Shown: in pieces, positions 12,800 to 24,054 of the stretch
How the letters are laid out: the number at the start of each line of letters is the position of its first letter
Numbering within the stretch: position 1 is the first letter of the stretch
From: Azolla caroliniana
Taxonomy: Eukaryota; Plantae; Polypodiophyta
NCBI GenBank assembly: GCA_043228905.1
Contig: JBHGNT010000020.1
Coordinates: 9,982,001 to 10,046,000, forward strand
Direction: 5' to 3'
Length of the DNA stretch: 64,000 bases
Notes under the pieces: model-generated
The model's database searches: none
What the model saw: only the letters and a program-made list of their open reading frames with translations
Told to the model about the DNA's origin: nothing
Position numbers and translations under genes: made by a program

Positions 12800-13957
12800 A
12801 TGGCTACTGTTAGCGCCCAAGAATATCAATCCGTTTTCTCTGAGCTACAGTGTCTAAAAGAAAAGTTTGTTGCCCTGGAACAAGAAAGCCAACGATTGAT
12901 AGGGGATCTACAACAAATCGCTCTAGAAAAACAACAAACGCAACAACAACATGGGGAGTTAGCGTTACGGGTACAACAACTCGAAGCAGTGTTGCAACAA
13001 CAAGGATCAAGTCCCCAAGGATTTCATAAAGAGCCCAAGATTGGACTTCTTGTGAAATTTGATGGAACGCGATCGCAATTCCGGGGATTCCTTAATCAGG
13101 TACGCTTAGTCATCCAGATGCATCCTTCCCAATATCCCACTAATGCATCTCGAGTCGGCCTAATAGGCACGTTACTTAGCGGCTCAGCCTTGGCATGGTT
13201 CGCTCCGCTTCTAGAAAAACAATTGCCCTTGCTTAATAACTTTAAAGATTTTATTAGTGAGTTTAAAGCATGCTTTGGAGATACCGACAGCATCAAGACG
13301 ACGATCAACAAGATCCGAAGATTGCGTCAAGGCGATCGTCTAGCCTCTGCCTACGTGGCAGATTTCCGTCTACTCGCCTCAGATATCCCCTGGGATGATT
13401 AGGCCCTCATGGAGCAGTTTCGCTACAGCTTGCGCAACGATGTCAAAGACTTGCTTTTAACCTTCCCCGAAGAACCAAAGTCTCTTACGGAGGCAATCAG
13501 TCGAGCAGTCTGATGTGATAACCGCCTTTTCGAACGGCGTTTGGAACGTCAGTTACAAATACCACGCTCTCGGCCGGAACCCACATACGCCTCAGTCACG
13601 GCTAAACCGTTTGCACGCGATGTACCTCAAGCCAATATTCCACCATCAATGGAGATCGACACCATGCGTCGATGCGGCCCATTATCGAAAGAAGAAAAGC
13701 AACGACGACGTGCCAATCAATTATGTCTTTATTGCGGTGGACCAGGGCATATCGCCATCAATTGTCCCCATAGGCCAAGAAGACAGGTAAATCAAATCGT
13801 CGCCTGTACTAAACCCGAGTCAATTCTTCTCTTCAGAGTGTTTGATAGTATTAATAGTACTAATAGAGTGCCAGATAGTATTCATAGTACTAATAGCCCA
13901 AGTATCTCAAACAAATTTGAAATCCTTAGTCAATTAGATGAAGAGTTAAATGATTGA
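12800..13957 (+). pseudogene. Chromovirus gag (retrotransposon gag domain plus CCHC knuckle), with premature stops
   Basis: KFDGTRSQFRGFLNQ, LSGSALAWF and CLYCGGPGHIAINC motifs. Stops near 13400 and 13512. Confidence 0.88.
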
Positions 13958-16900
13958 GTCCAGCCAAAATAGGAGTTGTTTGGTTGGACAGTAGCCCTAG
14001 ATCTGTACAGCCCATTAGTGGTTCCATTCCTTCCAAGCAAGTTAGCAATGTGTTCCTAGCCCAAGTCATTGTTAGTACTAAAAGTACTCCCCCAGTACCC
14101 GTCCTAGCACTTTTAGATTCCAGAGCTAATTCCTGTTTCATGGATCAAAATTTTGCCCAAGCTTCTAGGATATCCTTAAGAAAACTTCCTTGTCCCGCAT
14201 ATGTAGTAGTCATTGATGGTCGTCCCATTGCTTCCGGGAATATTGTAGAAGAATCAGAACCCATTCAAGTTGTCCTAGGTAGTTTTGTGTGTGTAGTATC
14301 ATTTAATATAATTAGTAGTCCAGAGCATCCCATTGTCCTAGGATTACCTTGGTTTGAATTACATAATCCAACCATAGATTGGAGAACAAGAGAAGTCTAA
14401 TATCGACCACCCCAAGAATCTACTCACCGAGTTTCGACCATTTCACTCCATCAATTACGCGAAGGACACAAGGAGGCAATGTTCCTATTTGCAATATCAA
14501 TACATCCTTCCAACACTATTAAGGACTCCTCACTACAACTTCCGGCAAAATATCATCCTTATGTTGATGTATTTGACAAGGTAAAAGTCGGTACCCTTCC
14601 TCATCACCGTCCCTATGACTGTCCCATCGATTTACAACCAGGAACCGAGCCACCATGGGGACCAATTTACAACTTGTCACCCACCGAGTTAGAAGTCCTT
14701 CGAGCCTACATAGAGGAGAACTTGGCAAGTGGGTTCATCCGTCATTCGAAATCTCCTACCGGTGCACCCATCTTCTTTGTCAAGAAGAAAGATGGCTCAC
14801 TTCGTCTCGTCGTTGATTACCGCAGATTGAATAAGGTCACCATCCGGAATAGGTATGCACCTCCTCTTATATCAAGTCTTTTAGAGCGAGTTAATGGTGC
14901 CAAGTTTTTTACCAAAATCGATCTACGAAGAGCGTATAACCTCGTGCGGATCCGACCAGGAGATGAATGGAAGACCGCCTTTCGCACGCGGTATGGGCAT
15001 TTCGAGTATATTGTTATGTCGTTCGGCCTAACCAATGCACCCGCAGTCTTCCAACACATGGCAAATGATATATTCAGAGACCTCTTGGATATCTGTTTGA
15101 TCATTTATCTAGAGGATCTATTGATTTATTCGAAGACCCAGGAAGAGCACGATTCTCATGTACTATTAGTACTAAAGCGACTCCGCAAGAATGGTCTTTA
15201 TGCCAAGCTAGAAAAATGTAGCTTTGACTGCAAGCAAGTGGAATTTCTAGGCTACGTCATCTCCTCAAAGGGCATTGCCATGGATCCAGCTAAAGTCCAA
15301 ACTGTACTAGAGTGGCAAATTCCACGGTCGGTACAAGATGTACAATGTTTTCTAGGTTTTGCTAACTTCTACCGTAAGTTTATACAGGATTACTCGAAGA
15401 TTATTTTACCTCTCACACAACTTACGAAGAAGGAACAAGCATTTCTTTGGTCCAATGAAGCAGATATGGCTTTTCGACATCTTAAGAAAGCGTTTACATC
15501 AGCACTGATTCTAGCTCATGTGGATACAAGCAAACCATTCATCACGGAGGCCGACGCATCAGATTTCACCCTCGGTAGCATCCTTACTCAACAAGGAGAT
15601 AAAGAAGAGTTACATCTTGTGGCTTTTCGACATCTTAAGAAAGCCTTTACATCAGCACCGATTCTAGCTCATGTGGATACAAGCAAACCATTCATCATGG
15701 AGGCTGACACATTAGATTTCGCCCTTGGTAGCATCCTTTCTCAACAAGGAGATAAAGAAGAGTTACATCTTGTGGCTTTCCATTCGCGCAAATTCGATGT
15801 CACAAAAATCAACTACGAAATACATGACAAGGAGTTATTAGCCATCGTGGATTCATTTGTGCAATGGTGGCATTTCTTAGAGGGCTCTCCACATCAGGTC
15901 ATTGTCTTTAGTGATCACAAAAATGTTGCTTATTTCCAGAACGCTCGCGTACTAAATCGACGGCAAGCTCGGTGTACGCAATTCCTCACGCGTTTCAACT
16001 TCAAAATCACATATTGACCAGGGAAGCAGCAAGGAAAAGCAAATGCACTATAACGGCATTCATATCTTGCACCTCGTCCTGGTTATCCAGCATTTGATAA
16101 TCAAAAGCAAGTAATCTTGGGACCAACACGATTGCACACGACGCGGATTTTTCACACCCAGATGGATTCACGGATTACCGATGACATACGTGCAAACTTG
16201 AAGACGGATAGTTTTGCTCAAGACATCCTAGCGCACATTGATACTTCTCGGGCATCCTGTTCTTAGTCTCAACAACCAGGTATTGACTACCGACAATTCG
16301 AATATCATGATGGTTTGTTATTCTTTAAAAAGCTTGTATATGTCCCCAATTGCTCCTGTCGCCTTCAAATCGTCTAGAATTGTAACGACACCCATACGGC
16401 GGGACATTTTGGTAGTACTAAGACGTTGGAGCTAATGCAGCGATCTTTTTGGTGGCCCCACATGCGCCGTTTTGTCAACGACTACGTTCGGACCTATGAT
16501 GCTTGCTGCCGAGCAAAGATGCCACGACACCATCCATATGGCTTGTTGGAACCCTTACCAATTCCAAGTAAGTCGTGGCAGTCTATTTGTCTTGATTTTA
16601 TCACAGATCTGCTAGTCTCGAAGGGGTTCAATGCTATCTTAACCGTCGTCGATCGATATATGAAGATGCCACATTTTGTGTCGTGTACTAAGGCCATCAC
16701 TAGCGAGGAAACCGCCACCCTTGTCATGCGTGAGGTATTTCGGCATCATGGCCTCCCAGACAGTATCATCAGTGACCGAGAACCGCAATTTTTCTCCAAA
16801 TTTTGGCAACATCTCTTCAAGATGCTCAAGGTCTCTTGCAACCTCTCCTCCGGCTACCATCCTCGGACCGATGGGCAAGCGGAACGAGCAAACCAAATGC

Positions 16901-17703
16901 TGGAGCAATATCTCCGGTGTTTCCTGAGTTATCAACAGGACGATTGGGCCGAGATTCTCCACTTTGCGGAGTTTGCATATAATAATGTTGTTCACTCCTC
17001 AACTCGAGTCTCCCCATTCTACGCTTATACCAGTTCTCATCCTCGTTGGTCGGTGATCGACACCCCGGAGCTATCTACCAATCCTCGTGCCGGGGATCAT
17101 TTGGAGAGACTACGCAAGATCCAGACAGATCTCTCGACTCATCTTCGTCATGCTGAACAGACACAGAAGACTTACGCGGATCGTCATCGGCTTCCCTCCT
17201 CTTTTGCCATCGGAGATCAAGTATGGCTCTTATGTCGTCACATCAAGACTACTCAACCGTGCGACAAGTTGGATTATCGACGACTCAGTCCTTTCCGTAT
17301 TATCGGTAAGGTTAATGATGTCATGTTCCGCCTTGATCTTCCTCCGCATCTTCGGATACATCCAGTCTTCCATTGTTCTCTTCTGGAACCTTATAAAGCA
17401 AACACTATTCCCGATCGTGTTACACCACCGCCGCCCCCACTTGAGTTTGACGTCGGCCTAGAGTATGAAGTTGCTGCCATCCTCGACTCCAAATTTGTTC
17501 GCAACAAACTTTACTATTTGGTCGATTGGCTCGGCTATAGTCCGAGCAAACGTACTTGGGAGCCCGTCGAGTATGTCGCCAATGCTCAGGATCTTCTTGT
17601 TGATTTTCACCGACAGTATCCCGACAAACCTGGTCCTCAATCAGCGTCGACGAGTGGAAAGACTCGAACCCATGACCTTATGGTATATGGATCGAGCTCT
17701 TAA
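13954..17703 (+). pseudogene. Chromovirus pol (protease, RT, RNase H, integrase, chromodomain), interrupted by stops
   Basis: ALLDSRA protease site. RT motifs KTAFRTRYGHFEY and YLEDLLIYS. RNase H NYEIHDKELLAI. Integrase GYHPRTDGQAER. Chromodomain EYEVAAILDSK...YLVDWLGY...TWEP at 17461-17630. Confidence 0.9.
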
Positions 17704-20700
17704 CCATCACACCATCTATTGTAATTCATAGGATATTATTTTCATTTATGTTTTATTATAAGAAAGTAATGTATATTCCAGATTCTCTTGAACATTCTAG
17801 AAGTTTTAGGATTACTTCTGAGAACACTATAAAAGAAGGCACTAGGCATTATGTTGAACCAAATTGGTTCAACGCCAGTCTTAAGCCTCTTAGCCACTTT
17901 GTACTAATCTTTCACATAATATATTAGTTGTTTTCATCATCTTTCTCTCTCTCTCATTCTCGCTATCTCTCTCTCTCTCCTCTTCTCACTTCCTCTCTCT
18001 GGAATCTTACGCAGTCCCGTCCTCTTAGTACTAATAGTACTTCTCTTCTCTAGTACTAATTCTCTCTCTGTTTAGTACTATTCCTGACAACGGGTTCTTC
18101 TATCCAATCTATTTTCCTTCTTTTTACTTTCTTTTGGTCTATTGATGAGTAATAGACTCTTAACAGTGGTATTAGAGCATTTACTAACATTTTTTTTGGT
18201 GTTTTGATGTTTTTTCCGTGTGAGCAATGGGGATCTAACAAGGCTCGTCATGCTCTTCTTAGTATCAAAACAACATTCTAAACCCAGTATTTTTCTTTTT
18301 CTATCTCTCTTCTTTTCTATGATGCGTTATTCTTGGTCGCATGGAAATTGTATTACGTTTTCTTTTCTAATCTTTCTTCTTTCTACGATGATATAATTTA
18401 CAATCTTATTGTGCATTAGGTCGAGCGTGTTTGCACTAATCTCACACGCTCAACTCATGACCCTTTTGCATATTGCGATGTATCTCCCACTCTCCCCTCT
18501 CTTGAGCCATCTCTTACGCTAATAATTATTCTTGTGCATGGGGTCGAGCATGTTTGCCCTAATCGCACACGCTCACCTAATGCCCTTTTGTATATGATGT
18601 TGAGTATGCCAGTCTTCCCTTTATTGAGATCACTTGGCCGATTCTATGAGATGTTGTGGCCTTAACGAGGTGTATTGAGCCATCATTTGGCCAATTCTAT
18701 GGGACGGTGTGGCCTTAACAATGTATATGTCGCTTACCTATGCCATTATACTCTCTATTGAGCCATCACTTGGCCAATTCTATGGGATGTGGAGGTCTTG
18801 AGGAGGTGCATGTCGACTACCCTAGTGTTTTTTACCTTATGGCATGCTTAATTTTCATACACCTAATTGATTATTATTCTAATTATTTTCTAATTAAACA
18901 AGTTATCTTCCCGCTTTCTTAAGATTTTCTTGTGATTGTCATCTACCCACTCACGCTTCACTCTCTCTTTTTTGTTTTTACCCTTACTTTTCATGTTTAA
19001 AGTATTTACGTGTGTTTACCTATGATGTAACGCTTCCAACTATTTTTTCGTATTGAGTGGGCATCATGCCACTTTTTTAGACAATTTTTTCCAACGAGTC
19101 GTCTAGGTTTAACTCATATTATCGAGCCTTAGAACTCAAGTAAAACCACATGAGTTCCCCTGTGATGTTTTACTCATAGATTTGAGTACTACATCTTTAC
19201 GCACAACACCACCACCACTTGCATCAACTTGTGGCTTATGTCACAATTGTGCAAATTACAACCACCATATTGGGATGTATATGTGCATACCTCACACCAT
19301 CCATTTATTTGACATTTTTTTTTCGTAAGTAGCACATGGGTTTGTTGACCCTTGTTTTCGTCACTGCTTGACTCTTATGGGTAGTGCCTTATTTTATCAT
19401 TTTTGTCGTAACATTTGCTTGTTACTCGCAAGACTAGAATATCAGTTGCGAGTGCACTTGTTTTTTCATGTAATATACTTTCTCGAGCATATCAATACAT
19501 GTTGGGTTGGCATTTTAATATAAGGCTAACTAGGAAATTACATTGATGTTAGAACCATGGTTGAGCCTCGGGGAGCCACCATGATTATTCAAGATAGAGA
19601 TCCGAGAAAGACATCTTAGCTATGTTTTCCCCCATGGTTTTTAAAACACCATAGTGCTACCATAGTTATCGGATCTCAAATCACATCTCATATGTCTAGA
19701 GAGGTAAAGATGTGAGATGCTTCCTTGGATAAAGTTCTTCCAATCAAAATTTCAAGCATTCATTTTGCTTGTGTATTTTTTGAACCTCCTTATTTATATT
19801 GTGTACACACAACTTGCATCATGGAACAAATTTTGAACACTATTGGAGCAATCTCTCGGACTGAAACCTCTCAACTCCAATCTGCATCTCACACACAAGC
19901 TGAGATCACTATTGAGCAATTGTTCACTACAACCTTGAATCAATTGGTCGAAATACGACAAGCCAATATGGCATTGGAAAAGAAATTCCAAGAATTGACT
20001 ATTGAGTCCAAGAAAGAAAGTGAACCTTCTTTCATAGTCACACCATTCAAGGGAGATAAGAAAGAAAGAATTGAGGAGGTCATTAGCACTTGGCTTGGTC
20101 GTTGGGAGTCTCCCTTTGAGCTCCGTCCCAAGCCCGATGCTGTAAAAATTGGTTATGTTGGTCGTGAGTTAGGTGGTCGAGCTTCTGCTTGGTGATGCGG
20201 CCTAAGGACTGCAAAGAACTTACCCACAACTTGGGAAGGTTTCATCGATGTTTTTAAGAAACAGTTCTTGCAACCACCTTCTCAAACCGAACAAGCGCAA
20301 AACTTGTTCACGTTGTCGAGCAAGCCATTTAGCTCTCTTGAGGATTATGTGCACCATGCTCAGACCCAAATCCAAAAATCGAGACTTACGGGTGAGAAAT
20401 GGTTTGTTGCTTGTTTTTTTAATGTTGTTCCCAATGGGGATTATCATTGGATTGTCCATGACAAGGACCCCACAACTTTCAAGGAAGCTGTCAACATTGT
20501 TCTTCGGTACCATATGACTTCCAAGAAAGACCACAATAAACCTAAGTTTGCCAAAACTCTAAATGTCAAGTTCATTGGGAAACGTAAGCAATCTAGTGAA
20601 ACTCTTGACCGCGACTCAAAGAAACCGAACCTCTTCTGTGCATATTGCAAGAAGCGGGGCACACAAAGGATACCTATCGTCGTCTTGAGAGGAAGTCAAT

Positions 20701-21059
20701 GAACACCCCTTCTCAAGACACATCTACAAGTCATACAGGTGAGTCTTTTGATGTTATTGAAGTTCATGTCAACCACTTAAGTTCATGTGAATGCACTTTT
20801 CCTTCACATTTACTTGGACCTAATGATTTACTCTAAGCAGTCAGGTATATCAATGGAACTCAAACACATTTCTGGTTTGATTCCGGTAGTTCTCACAATT
20901 TTCTTAATGATCACTTGGTGCAACAAATGCAACTCCACATAAACGCAAGTGATCATATTTATCAAGTTCACATGGCAAATGGAGGCGTTCAATACATTAG
21001 TGGCATTGTTTGTCAACTACCAATTCAAATGGAACCTATCGGGAGAAACTTGACTTTCA

Positions 21060-21542
21060 TGTTATTACCGCCTATCTAGAAGCAACACCTTCGATTCCTA
21101 CACGGAATCGGACCAAGAGACGTGGTACGAGTAGTCCCCAACTGCCTTACGCAATGGGAAGGTTTACGACGCACAAAATGGAAGACTAACACGACTTGGT
21201 TAAGGAATTGATACAAGACACAGGTTAAAACCCAACTTTGATTGTATTATATAATAGATAATGGATTACACATTCACGGCTATATGCCGGATTAACTCAG
21301 ATCCTCAAGACCGCATCCTGACTCTCTTCCCCTCTCCCTTTGTCTTCGACTACTCTTCTTATATAGTTTCCCTTTGGCGCATGCTTCTCCTTTGTTATCG
21401 TTTGTCTTTGGCTGCGTGTGACTTGGCTCCCTGCTTAATTACGTTTTGTTTACCTACTTTTACCGATTTGCGTTACGGTTGTTTTTAGATATTACATATA
21501 CGGTTTGTTTATAGATATTACATTTTTAGCCCACAGACAACA
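21060..21542 (-). mobile_element. 3' LTR of minus-strand Athila-like Ty3 element X
   Basis: TG...CA ends and a minus-strand TATA (CTATATAAG, ~21355-21365). Its reverse complement matches both ends of the LTR at 60156-60647 (TGTTGTC... start; TGTAGG..ATCGAAGGTGTT near the end). Confidence 0.8.
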
Positions 21543-21544
21543 CC

Positions 21545-21590
21545 TGGCACACCCGTGGGACAGTGCCTTGGCACGTCGAACTCACAAAAT
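21545..21590 (+). promoter_or_regulatory. Inverted (antisense-to-element) tRNA-Arg primer-binding site at the PPT position of element X
   Basis: TGGCACACCCGTGGGAC begins 2 nt from the LTR, followed by a small hairpin and TCGAACTCACAA. Confidence 0.75.
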
Positions 21591-21868
21591 AGAAAAATTT
21601 ACAATCGAAAGTAAACGTTGTCGTGAGGAATTTCGTCCAAAGGCGGAAACTGGGAAATATTGGCTATCGGCGGGGTGCACCATGTGCACTCACCCTCGTG
21701 TAATTGTGTGAATAATAGGAGTGAAGTCAGGACGAGGAATCCCATGTAAATCGGGATTTATCCCACATTGTAACGCATCCCTCTCCTTGTTCTATAAAAG
21801 GAAGGGATGGTCCCTTGTAGAAGGGTTGCCCATTTTGTATTAGTAGGGTATACCGTTAGACGGAGTGA

Positions 21869-21932
<64 letters not shown>

Positions 21933-22453
21933 TTAGGGTTTCTTCTTCTTGCTCCCCTTTGCTTCTTCTTCTTCTTCGTCCTTCTATGCGTCGAGCCTTG
22001 GCATCTAGCGTTCCAGTTTTCTGCCTTGTACTCTGTGCAAGACCCCGCTCGGCGCGACAAGCCCGAGAGCTCCCCGACCGGCGGCTTGGCAATAGACAAC
22101 GATTGTATCTCATGCGGCCTAGGTCCGGCTTGAAGTCGGTGTCAAATCTCGTGGTCTTGTAAATACATATACATTTGGTTGTGCATATTCGGGTCTCTGT
22201 TGGTGTGCGTGTGTGTGTCTTAGTGTTTCTTTCTTTCTTATGTACATGTTCGTGCGAGAGTCAATGTTGCATGCCTGCTCACTCTCTCTCTCTCCCTTCG
22301 GTTGCTTCCGGCATGCACCTGGGGTGCCCCGGAAAGGGTGAAGCACGGCTTCCAACGCTCTGTCACTCCTTAGTCCAAGACCCTCATGGTCCCGCCTTTC
22401 TCCACGCACGCGCGTAACAACGCGACAATGTAAAAGTCAATTCTAGAGTATAA

Positions 22454-23582
22454 CTAATCCTCCATTAGGATGTGGAGGATGCCCTCTGCTTGCTCCGTTC
22501 CGGTCTCGAGGTCGGGTCGTATGTCGTTGCGTCCTTCGGCCATGGGCTCGTTGGCCTGGTCTTTCGGGGAGGTGTTGTTGTCTGGTTTGGCTAGTCCGTC
22601 ATCGCCAGCGGGTGGTGTAACATCGAGGTCTTGCTTGGCTTCGATCCTCAGCACCATCTGATGTCGTTGAATTCCTCCAGGAGTAAGGAAATGGCTTTTG
22701 TGTGGCCATCGACTAAGGCATGGAAATCTTCCTCGAGGTCTTCTCAGATCATACTGATGCTAGTTCCATCCATTTTGTAGAAGCCTCTGCCTTCTTTTCG
22801 ACAATTCCCATCGTCCGCCCGTAAAACTTGTAATTCGGTTGCCTGAGCCGACCATTGTTTCCACCCCGCGACAAGCATTTTGTCCATCTTGCGATTCAAT
22901 TTTTGGTGTTGCTTCATGACCAATGTGTTGATGTGGTCCTCCCTTTTATCGTGCAGTGCTTGCAGAACCAAGTTGTCCTTTTTAGCTTGATCGAGTTCTA
23001 GCCGTAATTGGGCCGTGAGCACTTCATAGGTTGTGTGTGTAGCGATCGGACCCTAGCTTCTGTTTTGGCCGTTATCTTGTCAACTTTGTGGCTGAATTTG
23101 ACGTGAGCTTCGTCTAAGTCCTTCATGTGCCTTTTGTGCTTAGCCTAGCACTCCAGGATGGTGGCCATTTGATGTTCGTGGAGCTCGTCGTATAGTCGTG
23201 AGCGCTCATTTTCGGCCTTTTCATATTGTTGCAAAAACTGACTTGACCTAGCCTGCATTTCGACTAGCTCTTTTGTGACCGTCGCAATCTACGTTGTTGC
23301 AATGTCTTGGACTAAGGTGATCGTGGTCGTGATTTTCTTGTCCGCTTTGCGCAATTGGACGGTTTGGTCCGCGATGGTTTTTCTGAGCACAGCTTCTCGT
23401 TGTTCGGCATCCTTGCGAGCTTCATCCAAGCGCTCTTTGGCTTTATCGATGATGGCCTTGTAGGTGGCGACATCTTCTTCGAGTTTTTGTATCGTCGTGG
23501 CACCGTCGGCCTCTATTTGTATGCCTATAGATAAGAAACATGGGTTGGGCGATGTTTGTGGTGACGCCCCGACTGTCGCGGG
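22454..23582 (-). pseudogene. Degenerate coiled-coil 3' extra ORF of element X
   Basis: Shares W..W...A.ELQ.LRAD..N.RKEG...Y and EDF.AL with the ORF at 24055-25920. Contains stops and frameshifts. Confidence 0.7.
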
Positions 23583-24002
23583 TGTTATTCTCTTAGCCGG
23601 ACAAGGCCTAACACAAGGTGTCACGGAGACACTTCACCAAAGGGTGATTACGGCATAGGATTAAGATTCAACGATTACACCGACTTACGTAGGTTACACT
23701 ATTAGATTGCTTTGGTTAATTACACGCGTAAGATATAACAGTGATTACAGAACGGAAATCAAGACAGAAGTATAAACAACATAAGCTCTACTAATTATCC
23801 GCTGTCATTACAATAGGGTCCGGGCCTTTAAATAGGTTTCCGGCCCGTAGTACAAAACGGTGCCTCTCGCACCTATTCGGGATCCGTCCGGATCTGGAAC
23901 GGCATACCGTTTCCAGTCCGTCCGTCCACACTTTGCTCATTTACAACCATATCTAATTAATTCCTTCACTCCGTATTTTGGACTCCTTGCCGGCCGGTAA
24001 CA
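23583..24002 (-). mobile_element. 3' LTR of a second related Ty3 element Y
   Basis: TGTTA...TAACA ends, minus-strand TATTTAAA near 23826-23835, and an adjacent inverted PBS TGGCACGCCCGTGGGAC at 24005-24021. Confidence 0.8.
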
Positions 24003-24054
24003 CATGGCACGCCCGTGGGACAGTACCTTGTACGTCGAACCCTTCTTGGCCCCT

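Larger units (their letters stand above)
12290..18089 (+). mobile_element. Near-full-length chromoviral Ty3/gypsy LTR retrotransposon (Tcn1-like)
   Basis: 5-bp TSD ACGGG (12285-12289 and 18090-18094). 5' LTR 12290-12735 and 3' LTR ~17655-18089, roughly 4% divergent by eye. Domain order is gag-PR-RT-RH-INT-chromodomain. Confidence 0.93.
11891..21059 (+). mobile_element. Degenerate Ty3/gypsy element (host): 5' LTR 11891-18165 split by the chromovirus insertion, Met-i PBS, gag-protease relic, cut at 21060 by another LTR
   Basis: LTR runs TGTTATG...TTAACA and is homologous to the LTR at 59275-59678. PBS TGGTATTAGAGC at 18167-18178. Gag relic at 19821-20700 with a C-x2-C knuckle; protease-like FDSGSSHNF near 20875. 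Confidence 0.75.

Noticed and set aside
21758-22162. ORFs with RERERE or SLSLSL tracts
   Set aside because: These are (CT)n microsatellite read-through. The region 21745-22427 may be another LTR-like insert, but I could not find convincing ends or a TSD.
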